DNA from: Trichoplax sp. H2
Lineage: Eukaryota
DNA length: 64,000 nucleotides
Direction: 5' to 3'
Assembly (NCBI GenBank): GCA_003344405.1
Contig: NOWV01000014.1
Coordinates: 558,001 to 622,000 of the forward strand
In this document: in pieces, positions 20,390 through 33,000 of the stretch
Layout of the letters: each line of letters opens with the position of its first letter
How positions within the stretch are numbered: the stretch's first letter is position 1
Notes under the pieces: generated by a model
Told to the model about the DNA's origin: nothing
Database searches by the model: none
What the model saw: only the letters and a program-made list of their open reading frames with translations
Made by a program: the position numbers and the translations under genes

Positions 20390-21111
20390 GACTACTGGAA
20401 AGAAGGATTCAAAATGGAAGATTGAAAGTTCGAATAATGTAGTGTAAATATCCAATCCTGTGATCAACAATGATAGCGGAAAATGACAATTTCGTCACAA
20501 TTTTGAATGAATAAAAAGTTTCCTCGTCGAATACACACTGATACTTGATACTGAGTGCAGAAATCGGTCATGAGATGAAGGTGGTCAAACACTTTTGCTC
20601 ACGTACACCACTGGATGGTGTATGGGTTGAAAAGCCGTTAATGAAATGGAGTAAAAACGCCACCCAAACCCGATCCAATGGTTGATTTTAGAACCCTAAA
20701 TGAGTACAATCGCTATGCAAACACTGAATCAGTGCGGAATGACTTAAGATTACTAGAAAGAACGATTCAAAATAGTAGATTGAAAGATAGAATAATGTAC
20801 TATAAATATCCACTCCTGTGATCAACAATGATAGCAGAGAATGACAATTTCATCACAGTTTTGAATGGGTAAAAGCTTTTCTCGTCGAATACACACTGAT
20901 ACTTAATACTGGAGTACAGAAATCGGTCATGAGATGAAGGTGGTCAAACATTTCTGCTCATGTACACCACTGGATGATGGATGGGTTGAAGAGCCCTTAA
21001 TGAACTTAAATGGAGTAAAAACGCCACCCAAACCCGATCCAATGGTTGATTTTCGATTCCTAAATGAATGCAATCGCTATGCAAACACTGTCTCAGCGCG
21101 GAATTACTTAA
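20390..21111. repeat. tandem duplication of a ~358 bp unit (2 copies)
   Basis: Copy 1 starts at 20390 and copy 2 at 20748. They share long identical blocks such as ctcgtcgaatacacactgatactt, agaaatcggtcatgagatgaaggtggtcaaaca and aaatggagtaaaaacgccacccaaacccgatccaatggttgatttt. Confidence 0.93.
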
Positions 21112-21173
21112 CCCGAATTCCTTCCCTTGAGTCGCGCTTTGCGTTGACATTGAAGGACGCTGGTGTGTTGGTA

Positions 21174-21566
21174 TCACGTTAGTGTTGAAATGGCGGACGA
21201 TTTGCTCTCGTCGTCTATTATGATTACGAGTTCACTACAACTTCTCACTTTCAGTATTCTATTTTTGACTATAGTAGCACAGCCACTTTTAGACATACAA
21301 TTTGCAGTATTGTAAGTCCATACAATTGATCGGCTCTCGCCGCCACTCGCACAAGTCCTGCTGTCGTACTCAGCCTTCGGGTACAATATTTGGCCAGCGA
21401 GACTCGATGACATTTGATCAACTACAAAACAATATTGATCCACGCAAGAGTTGAAATTTCTACCGTGGAAAACGCTCATTGTCATCTGTGCAATATTATT
21501 ACTACACAGCATCAAGATTACAGTTATGATATACAGTACTGCCTCATCACAATATGTCGGCCACAT
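21174..21566 (-). CDS. possible small secreted Cys-rich protein or pseudogene (weak C-type-lectin-like Cys pattern)
   Basis: A 130-aa ORF in locally GC-richer DNA, with a hydrophobic N-terminus (VLYIITVILMLC) and several Cys. No firm family match was recognised. Confidence 0.2.
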   Translation of the reverse strand: MWPTYCDEAVLYIITVILMLCSNNIAQMTMSVFHGRNFNSCVDQYCFVVDQMSSSLAGQILYPKAEYDSRTCASGGESRSIVWTYNTANCMSKSGCATIVKNRILKVRSCSELVIIIDDESKSSAISTLT

Positions 21567-22129
21567 CAGCCACTATAGCATGACTATTTAGAAAAACCTC
21601 ATAGTTTCTGATATACGATTCTGAAAATTTCGTCTTGGCTTGACTTTTTAATTAACTAATGGGAATGAAACCCTACTACTTTATTTTGAAGCGAAACTTC
21701 ATCCATTCATGATACAGGAAGTCAATTATTTTACAAAATGTAAACAAGTTACAATCCTTAAGTACACTGTTGTGCGCCGATACCCTATCATAAGTTGGCT
21801 TGGCAGTAGGATTATACGGTAATTAATTTATAACCAGTATTTCAATGATGAGGAAGTACTATAGTGGACGCTATTGAAAGGCCTACGCAATCAAAATGGG
21901 ACAAATTAAATATGGATTGAATCAAAATTCCCCTTAAGAAAATTCCATCCAGTACTACTATGCAAAACTAAGACTTCATGATAACAACATCACCATCAAA
22001 GCCAAAGAGCTACTCTATCATGATGCATTTATTATTCCTTATGAAAATGGATCCAAAGTAGAGATATACGCTTACACAGTATAGTTAGACATGCTTTTGT
22101 ACAGTCTCTAGTCTCTCTTCTCGTTCATG

Positions 22130-23070
22130 TCGAAGAAGAGGCCGGCAGTCAAACCTAGTACAATCTATAAATTACCAGAATAGAATCAATCCTGCCAGCG
22201 AAGTGAGGAGTATTGCGTTAATCAACTACTGTATTATCAGAATGAAGTACTGTATGCCAAAAGTCTAAGATGAGGCTTGAATCTAGTAGCAATCCGAGAC
22301 ATGGACTTTTACAGTAGATCGCACAAGTTTCCGTGACCAAGATATACAGCAGTGTAAACCAGTGACGTACACGAACTAGTTTGACGTAAGCTAGAATCAG
22401 CAATTACGAGCCTACACGCAACACAAAATGGTGAAAGAGAACAGCACCTTCGACATATCAATTCGCAAACTCTTCTAGCATAGAGAAAACGGCCGACAGT
22501 CAAACTTAGCACAATCCAAAATCGATTCTACCGGTAAAGCGGGAAGGATTACGTTAATTAACCATCATCAGGATAAGATAGGAGAAAGAGTCTAAAACAT
22601 GGTTTAAATTGAGTAATAATAGACATAACTGTAGCATAAAATAGAAGCACTCTCGGCAACTATAGAATACTAATGGAATATAAACAGAATCAGCAAGTTG
22701 GCTACGCGGAACACAAAATGGAGAACCAGAGCCATACGTTCGACACCTTGATTTGTCCATTCTTCTATTCATCTACTGTACTCGTAGGTGCAGTACTGTA
22801 TATGACTATGTTTAATTGAATAAATCATAAGCTAGACTGTATATAAACGGGAGCATCGAGTCCGTAGAGAGTTCTTCTCGTCGATTCTTTGTTATAGTAC
22901 CGTTCCAGTTAAAATTATGTTGTAATAAAGCTTAAAAGAATAGATCTTGCACTAGACTAAATACAGTAAATGGTGGTGGGGGGGGGGCATCCAGTCAATG
23001 GAGAATTCTTCTTGCCGATAGCGTACTGTAGATATCATTCCGGTTTAAATTTATTGTAATAAAGCTTAAT
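22130..23070. repeat. degenerate local direct repeats
   Basis: ggccg.cagtcaaac.tag.acaatc occurs at ~22140 and ~22490. agaatcagcaa..ctac.cg.aacacaaaatgg.gaa occurs at ~22393 and ~22686. ttgtaataaagcttaa with a similar upstream flank occurs at ~22920 and ~23054. Confidence 0.65.
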
Positions 23071-25429
23071 TCGGCTTTAACAACCCAGCTAGTCATACAG
23101 ACTGTCAACTCTGAAAATGGCCTTTTCTACAGCCCCACATACGTAAAGCGCTAGAGTACGGGTTTTCGATTGATCCATATCACTCAGTATTTAATAGCTA
23201 GTAGCTAAAATTACATAATCAGCATGAATCAGCCAAACATGATAGAGATGCTAACAAGCCAGATTAACTTGGTAACAAACGCTTAGATTGGCAAGTGTGA
23301 AATTTTTAACGCAGTTTTACTTCATTTTAATTGTTGAAAATGCTCTAGGAATAATTAATTGAATCAAAATTAGATGATGGACTGAAAGTGATTACGGTTA
23401 TTAATACTAATTTATCATATCAACGCCTATGTTTATGATATCAGTGCGATACAAAATACAACACTTGCCATCTTGATATATCATAAGCGGTTACTGTACA
23501 TGATAAAGTAACCACAAGTTGTAAAGAGTTACGATATTCCTATCCGGGACTTCTACGTAAGCAGGGGGAGGGACAAATAAGAGACCGAGTTAATATTATA
23601 TCTATTCATCGCTAAAAAGGTGGTCAGATAATTGCAACCTTGATAGGATGCAGCTGTCGGAGATGGATTTCAATACAATCAAAACTAAATTTACTACCTT
23701 TGTATATTCATTAAAGAGTATTTATTTATTTGACATTATCCAACAATCAAATTAATCACAGTAGAATTTGAATAGAAATCAATATCATTTAAGATATAGC
23801 TACATCGATATTAATACTTGTATAATCGCTATTCAATCCAAGATTGTATTATCTTTAGGCTGGACTAGGTGTCGTTGTTGCGAAATAATACAATCTTTCC
23901 AAGTTATACGAGAAGTTGTAATGCAGTAGGATTACTTTTAGCTAGATATTCCTTGTTGTCGTCCGCCTATTCGATCAATATTAGCGTCAAACTAACTAGA
24001 TGCCAAACGTACTTATATTTTACCAATATAAATACGAAATCAACCGCACGTGTCTCTGTAGTGATATCGATTTTTATAGCCCAGTAATAAAACATGCAAT
24101 GATATATCAGAAATTGTAGGTTAATTCCTAGCTATAATATGCTCAATTTATCCCATTGTAATTGTAATTAATCCGATAGAATTAAAGCTAATATTTGAAA
24201 TAGATGACTGGCTTGGTAAATAAATTAGACGTGAATATACTGTTTTAATTTATCATTATAGATAAGTTTACCAATACAGCAATATCGGATCTGATGAAAT
24301 AAATGATATCATACAAGCGACTTAGATGCTACAATGGAGTGCATCCTATGATTTTCATACATGTGTCGTAGTGTAGCCGCAATTTGAATTAAAAATTTTG
24401 CATTTTTACATATGCATATGTAATTTATGTGATTTTTGAGCCTACAATCATCGTCAATTACTTCTACTGGATGTTACTGTACTGATTCCGAAAGTAAAAT
24501 GGAACAACTACAAAATAAGAAATAAATCGATAACATAATTGATGGAAATTAAATCACCGTAACATCAAAACAGTAACCTAAGCCAGCACGATGGTGATCT
24601 TAGCAATAATTTTAAGCACAATCATCTTTAAGCCCAGCTATTGAGTAATTGTCTGCTTTAAAAAAATGAATTACTACAATAAGTATACAGTAGGTATCAT
24701 GGTAAAACGATAGTTACAGAAATCAGCTGATACCTATATCAATTGTGATGTAACGAAGCACACCTATATCTTTCAACAAGGAATATCTATTTATATAAGA
24801 CGTTTATAATTGCAATGTTAACGGTAATGGTGATCGATCAAGGCTGACGATTGTTCTTAAAAATAGTAGACATAGTTATTGCTAAAAAGAATGATGAAAA
24901 TCTTTGGAAATACTGATTAATATTGCATTGTTCGTTTAATTTTCGCCATTGTATTCTTGATCGATATCATGATATACATATACTCATATACGTCGCATAT
25001 ATATATTATATACGGCAAATGTCTAGATATATAGAGAGGTGCGGTATATTCTTGGATGTAATCTATAATTGCTATTGATAACAGCTGAATTGATTAGACA
25101 ACAGCAAGCAAAATGATTATTGAAGGACTAACATCACTACCATCTAAATAACAGCACCTGTACATTGTTTAACAATTAAATTCTAGTTAATTCTAGTCCT
25201 AACCTTAGGAATGATGGCCTATAGTTAATTCTAACAGATATAAGATCCAGCATCAACTATAGAATAAGCCTTACAATGTATTACTTCTTTATATGTCAAA
25301 TTATGTAAAATTTTTTTGTTTTATACAATTTTCTTTCGTTTTCTTCAAAACTTGTTCGTGTCTTCATCGATACAGATTGTTGTAGCCAATTTATGAGCTC
25401 GTATTCATATCACGCCACTGTTTACTTTT

Positions 25430-27039
25430 TTACGCAACGACAAAATAACTTTCAAGGCTGCGCTTGAGAATTTTTTGCTTTGTTTCATTTTGCCTTCTCC
25501 GATAGCGCTTACATACGCATTTACGAACAACTGACGGGAAAGCATATTTCGTAGTACCATCAAAACAATTCATTTTAACGCGTATAGTTTTACGAAAATG
25601 GGCCACACAACGCCAAATATAGCGCTTGCTAGCGCTAACATCTTGTGGGATATTATTCGGTCTACAAGCGCCTTCGCATAGTAAATCTTTAATAGATCGC
25701 TTACTAATGCATAAGCCCTTCATAACATAGCGATGAATCTTCTTTCCATCGCAACAACTTGATGTATTTGCTAAACGATTGAGGAAAAAAATGAAAATAA
25801 TTTAAAATGTGTCAAAAAAAATCCGACAAAATAAGAAAAATTCAAATCAGATGCATATCCTGCCAGCATAAGCCATAAACTAGTTACTCTCCCTCTTATC
25901 TATAAACGCATAGGCACTGGGAAGCAAAAATGTTTTTATAATATAAGGTAATAAAATGAAGCCCTTTAAAATAAACTTTTAAATATTAAATTCTTATTTA
26001 AAGTAACAAAAATTTGATAATCAAATTGACAGGTACTCTAGTTGGTTACAATTAAAATAAATTGGCCGTGTCATAAAAGTAAAAAAGTGATAATATACTA
26101 CAGGTATTAAATCTTGCTAGAAATCTAATATTGATTTATCAAAATAGTTATTTAAGACTATTTACAATTCCAATCCTAAAATTCATCTAATATTTGACCT
26201 GGTTGAATGTCGGTGAACGACATGAATTGCGACGTTTGATGAATCTTAATTCTTAGATAGTAAAAATTATATGATAATTCTTACTTGGAGCACAATTTAC
26301 TATCTTATGTTCACAATATGAAAAATGCATTGCAATTTCTGGTAAACTTCTTACGTGTAATCGTCAATCAACAATCTAAATAATTTTTTTCGACATCTTT
26401 ATCGCTTTAAGAATTAAAACCTAGCAACACATTCTCAAAATGAAACTAATACGTGCAAATAGTTCATGCAAAGTGGCGATTTGATTAATAAGTATTATCC
26501 TTTCAAATAATATCTAAATTAATTAGCTATCATGTAATAGGAGATAATTTAATACACAGATTACAAAGCCCTTAAAATTAGTAAATTGTCAAAAAAAAAT
26601 AAAAATCCGATCGTCAACACTTTCCAAACGTTTATGTTACAAATGGCAAAAATCTTCAATATGTCATGATTATCTAAGGCTATTACATCAGCCGCATTCA
26701 AGTCAACAAATGATAGACCTAAGTTGGCATATTAATTACAAGATAAAATAAAAGTTTATTATCAACGTTGGTATAGAACAGAAAAATTGCGAAAAATTGT
26801 AGAACAAATTCAAGAGAGCAATGAAAAAAATACGGCATTTTTATGTACAGAAAATTTAGATCAGTTCACTTACCAATACTAGTGCATTTCTTTGTGAAAA
26901 CTTGCTGTTCCTTTTTAGGTTTAACTTGATCCGGTGACTGAGTTGGTGGTGATAATTTAGACAAATCAATTTGGCCATCCACTGCTACAATCAATATAGC
27001 GAAGAAAAGACACAAGCTAACTAGCATCAATTTGATCAT
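25430..27039 (-). CDS. SOSTDC1: Sclerostin/SOSTDC1 (Wise)-family secreted cystine-knot Wnt/BMP antagonist, 168 aa; exons 26874-27039 and 25430-25770
   Basis: Exon 1 encodes a signal peptide (MIKLMLVSLCLFFAILIVAVDG) and ends G|GTAAGT. Exon 2 follows TTTAG in phase 1 and reads CDGKKIHRYVMKGLCISKRSIKDLLCEGACRPNNIP...WRCVAHFRKTIRVKMNCFDGTTKYAFPSVVRKCVCKRYRRRQNET. The Cys spacing (C-x13-C-x10-C-x3-C...C-x13-C-x15-CxC) and the WRCV and CxCKRY..xNE motifs match SOSTDC1/sclerostin as I recall them. Confidence 0.88.
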
Positions 27040-30000
27040 GGTCGGCCTGCTGTATCACTTTTCGTATATAGAGGTGGAAATCGCTAGATGATAGCTATAC
27101 TTTAATTTTCGAGATGGTTGGATAATTGGCTTTCTACCAAGTAACAGCTATAGTAGTCCAACTGTCTTTTCTTCTATGTTAAAAGATGATCCTGTAAGTC
27201 AACTAGGGATCGAATAACAAATAGAGTATTGATCTGACTGATATGCCTAAATAACGATATAATATCAAGGAATGGTCTAAATTGAAGTGGCAGAGTTGAG
27301 GAGATCAAAGTGTGATCCGATGATGGCGTTGTCTGGTTAATATAAATTGATGGTAAGACAATAAAGTTAAAGTAGTCTGAGAAAATTTGAACTACGATAA
27401 CAATAGCATTGATAAGGTAAGATCAAGATAACAAAATATCAGTAAGAAAAGTAATGTTGTCAATGATTATTGTGATATATAGATAAAATGATAGGTTAGG
27501 TTTTGATACAATTATCACACCAATCTTTCTGAACTAGTCATAATCATACTTGTTGCCAATACAATGAGTTACCTAGCCAAGACTAAAGGAAAACAATTAT
27601 ACAATATTGTCTTATTCAAAATCAACACCAGGTGAAAATTTAATGCGTCCTTATCTACGTTATTTACTTTTCTGGACATCAATGTTATCCATTCAATTAC
27701 TGAAATAATTTCCAAGATGAATAAGGAGCCTTAACTAGTAACTGGAAGAGAAAACTATTATCATTATCGTCGTCGTTATTATTCCGCTGCTTGACTGTAT
27801 TGTAAATAGCTAGGAATGCGGTAGACCAATTGATTTTCCCTTATTTTGATTTCCCAATTAAATACCCAAGCATTAACAGAGATAACTAGTGACTTATAAT
27901 AGTAATTGTTTAATTACAATTTAATTAACGATAAATTAGTAGGGGGTAGGCAAAGAGTTGTTTTTCTCTTTGATTCTACACCTACAAGCAAAAGGATATA
28001 TTAGCAACTTACATTTGGTATCGCTATAGATATTTACTAATTCAAAAAGAGTGCCATAATGTCTTCTATTTATATTTTACGGTAAACTTTCTTCATAAAT
28101 AAATGCGATTTTAGAGCTAAAAATGGCAATATAGACTAGCAGTGGAACGATAAGCTAATCAATCAAATTTTATCATGACAGATTGACAATTTTTTTGACA
28201 ACTTGTTAGTACAACTTTTGCATATGAGATTAACTACAGATCACGCCAAAAAATAAGTTATTTACTAAACCTGATCTTATACGATAGGGTAACAACATGA
28301 TTACATAGTAAATTGTATACTCAAACTACAAAATATTAAAAAAATATGATTTCATTTTCAGTAGCACAATTTACTTTTATTGTCGACTCAGTCATAAATG
28401 ATAGTAGATTACAATTTTGTACATAGTATAAAGCGTCTAAGCTATGATGGATTATAGCGAGCAGATGGATGAAGTAAGAGAGCAGGTGGCGGATGGGCAA
28501 AGGCCATGAGAACGAGTATTAACTGTTGTAATAGTATAGAGAAGATAAGAGAAAAAGGTAAAAAATATGGAGTAATGTCATTCACATTAGGTATGTCTAT
28601 CAGCAAAAATAGATTTCCACTCAAGTGTAGCGTTATCAAATTTAATTTATAAAATTTCGATCTTAATTATTGAGAATTAAATAAGAGTATTAGATTATCT
28701 ACGTTTCAATAGATTGGATAGTTAATATCGATGATTAATTTAATTCATCGCTGAGGCTAGATAAGTTCCGCTTAATCAGGCTGGATATGTAGCCCTATGG
28801 GCTGCTTTATGGCTATTTAATCAGTGATTATAAAATTCTATTATATCTCTATCTTATACTATTCATGTCTAGAAAATTTTCTCACACAATCTATAGTCAT
28901 TTCTGACTTATTGATGCTATTCTAGACGTCGATAGGGCATTTATCTCTTCAACCATTATCAAATACAATAAAATTATAATTGTACTTATAAAGAATTAAT
29001 CAGAACCATATTATTTTTATCGGTTCTAAATTAAATACAGAATGACTTTGATCAGTGATTGAATTCAATATTATCTTCCATGCAACAATTTTTCACGATT
29101 ATCTTGTAACCTTTAAGGAATTATCTTACTCAAAATTATGATACCTCGCAATCTTAATTAAAAACTAATGAGATTACAACCCTTATCGTTGCATTAGCTT
29201 GTTCAATCCAATATCACCAATTCGTTTTGATGTAAACCCACCTAGTGTAAACCACTATTATCGATAATATCTAAAATTTGGATATGGTTGGCTATGTTCA
29301 GTTTTGATGCCATTTAATCGCCTATCTAAAAGGTAGATTATATTATAATTTCAAAAAGTTTCAATTTTATCGTCCAATCAATAAGCAAGTAAACAACTTT
29401 ATTCCAAATTTTCAACGACATAATCAAAATGTACTTCTTTCTTACTTGATGGCTAAGTAATGAATATTTTGATCAATTTCGTTATTTATTTGTTATCTCT
29501 ACATCTAACCTAAGTTAAAGTAATATTATCATCGATCTTTTACTTTCTTTGTTTCTTCTTGATCGTCATAAAGTGGCAAAATAATAAGTCAAAAACATTA
29601 GACTTAATTAGCCGTGACATTAAGATATTATTTGCAACAATAACTGTAAATGAATAACGAATTGTATCGCTTTTATTCCTACCGAAATCAGGTGAAGGAA
29701 ACTAGAGTAATCTATTCTTAAATTGGCCAATCTTAAGAATTTAATAGCTTTAAAAATGATTCATACGGTATAAATTAAAATGAATTCAATAATAATACAA
29801 TTACTATGTCAACTGCCTTTATTGGCTTACTATGTGACGGCTTCTGAATTACCTTTGCCTAATAAGAATAAGATTCTTATTGCCTGAATTGAAAGCATTC
29901 AAAGCTCTTGAAAGTTATTCAACGAACCAAGCGGTTAGTAAGTGTTGTTAACCACTTTTAAACCGGATATAATAAAATTGCTATTGCGAAGGAATCACGA

Positions 30001-33000
30001 ATCATCTGCTCTAGTCTTATTGTCCATAAATGATTGCAATTTTAATTAATCTAATTTATCAGACAGAATTCATGATTTGGATGCCAAGAAAATATGGATA
30101 TGGAATGAATTAGCATATTTTTTGCATTCGTTTAATTACAGCCAAGCATGTATTACTAAGTAGTTAATATTTGCACGCATTTTCAAAAATAATTTTTATT
30201 GAAAACAAGGCTATTTGGTCAACATAGTACTATGTAACTATCTGCTATTCAATTCAATTCCATACATTTTATAATTACTGGCCAAACTTAAATTTATGGG
30301 TATAGTCCCACAGACGCTATTAATTTTGGATTGAACCATACTAAACTATTGATATATTCAGGTATAAATTTGTCTTGATTAGATTTATGATGCTTGGGAT
30401 GTTAATTGCTTATATTAGATTCTTAACATAACTTACTATCAAGAACATGGAGATCTTATAAAGTATTACACTGCTTCTTTATTGAGCATTTAAAAGATCT
30501 GTAAAGACACCTATTATATTGCTATAGTACAGGTGCTGCCGATTTCTATAGAAGAAAATAATATGAAAGATACTTTCGGTCTGTCTTAAGAATAAATTAT
30601 TTCTTGGAATGAAAAAGACGGAGTTAAAGGCAAATAACTTACCATTGTTAGCAAGAACTTATGTTTCAGTGATATAGCTCAGGTAATTACAAGATAATGA
30701 ATAACGAGTGTAGTCAATTATCTAGAGTATACTTGTAAAATTCTTATAGAGATATTAATAACACAAACATTATGTAATTATTGATGAGAAGATGGGAAAG
30801 TATAAGGCAAGAGCTTGATACCTTTAATATATAGCAAGTATTCCTTATTATTATATAGTCATTTTATTCCTACTCTCTCGATCATGCCACTAATACTGTA
30901 TTACAGATAAGTGATTTTAGTGAAGAAATTTTATAATCTACTTATATGCTAGGAATACTAAAAATCTATGATATCATGAAGGCAAGGCTAAAATATGTAG
31001 GATATGATATAAATACGGTGAATTCTTTATGTAAAATCGGCATTTTTAAAGAAAACTCTGAATTCATAGAGGGAGGCTATCGGAAATTTTGAAACGTACG
31101 ATTAGGATTAATGCGACCTGGCATGAAACCGGTAGCGTATTAAAAGCTTCCGTGATGGGAAATAAAAGCTGAGAATTTTAATAACAAATAATTTCTGTCT
31201 AAATCGAATTCTATGAGGAAGGCGAACCTTCATAAAATTGCAAAAGTCTTGTATACAATCACTTGTTGTTAATTTGATCTTGGAACATTTAACTATAGTA
31301 TTCGTAATGATCATCTATTCTAGCTTGCCCTTTAAATTATAACATCGAACCCACTAATGCTATTGTAGAAAATTTGCTGATCTATGTTCAGTGTTAAAAT
31401 TTATACCATCAAGAAATTCCAGCTACGTATAATCGTGGCTTTGCATTTGTAATTTTTATTAAGTTCCATGTTTACCTATCCTATAGGGCCTTATAAAAGC
31501 GTTATTGAAGGTATATTAATATCGATCATTTATTAAAGTTTCTATATCTCGATCTATCATAACAAAGGTCGACTAGAATGTCAGCTAAATTCAAGTCTAA
31601 ATAAAATTGCATCAAGATAATTTATTTGCAAACATGCAACAGATATTGTCATAGCTAAAGATTAACCGTTAGCTCAAAAATATAAGAGACTCTTTTAGAG
31701 CCATTATATTGATAATCAAGAGCTTGAAACTGTACTACTCGCTTTGAGTAAAAACAAGCTACAATTTGTAAATAAACATCCCCATACTCTACATTGAATC
31801 GCTCATTTTTGTCTCGACGCTATATCAAGTTACAAAGATTAAAAGAGAAATTTGATTTTTTTAGCATTATTATAAATTCGATGTTAACATGTTTGTATTC
31901 TTTATAATGGAGTTGAAAAAAACTTTAGAAAATATTGAATATTATTCTGATTATGTTTCCAAATATAATGTCATATTTGCTACCAATTGTGCCATAGACG
32001 GGTGAAGAGTATTTATAAAATACGGATGTCATGGCTAAAATATGTCGAAATAATGTTAACGTTATTGACTTCCGAAGTATATTGAAATAGCCTATCTTAA
32101 AATATTGAATATTGATATAACTGTTATATTTGAGATCGATTGTATCAGAACCAGGTGAAAAATTGTTCTAAAGCTGGGAAGTTATTGCTACGATCTATCA
32201 AAGTATTGTTGATGTTATCATCTTTCGAAGTATATCAACAAACAAATGATAAAAAAATCTATCTAGTAATATAGTTAGCTCATTTTCATTTGATAATTTC
32301 ATACCGGTATTGATATATGATCAGTTACACTTTAAGAAAGAATTTAATGATATCGTGAAGATATCAAAACCAAATTAATATTATTACTTTAAAGCAAGCG
32401 ATAATTAGTATTTTGGATTATGATTTAACACTAGCTCTTCCCTCTTCCTTCCTACGCACAAAAACCCAAAAATAGTATTGATAATACCGTTCAATAAGGA
32501 TTTATTTTACAAAAATGATCATTTTAGAACTATTCATTTAAATCCATTTCTGATAAGTTTGACAGGTGGATCGCGACCTTTTTAGCACGAATAGCTGCAT
32601 TATTTATCGTTGCACTACGTTTGATTGAACTAAAAGTGAATTACTGCCATATTTCTACTGTACAAGTTGACATTATACGATTGTGGGATGGCATTTTTGT
32701 TATAATACTGGTAGGAGTCTGTATTCTATTGAACAATGCGATATAGAAATTAGCGTCATATTATAGTTCCATTTTCTATGATATTGTTTAGCCTTGCATT
32801 CTAATTTTTCACCTGCTTCCCATTTTTATATTCAATCATTTGACGTTAGAATAACTTGCTATGCTATTGTGATAGCTTGTTATCATTCTTCACTTCAAAT
32901 ACTTATTATTATCATAATAAATTAATTCAAAGCAGAAATAATGGAGTTGACTAGTTAAGTTTAAATAAACACTAATGCTAGCTTAATCATATTGATGATA

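Noticed and set aside
20748-21230. A + frame interrupted mostly by TGA codons, considered as a selenoprotein or recoded ORF
   Set aside because: It also contains TAA, the frame is not preserved in the duplicate copy, and no SECIS or protein motif was recognised.
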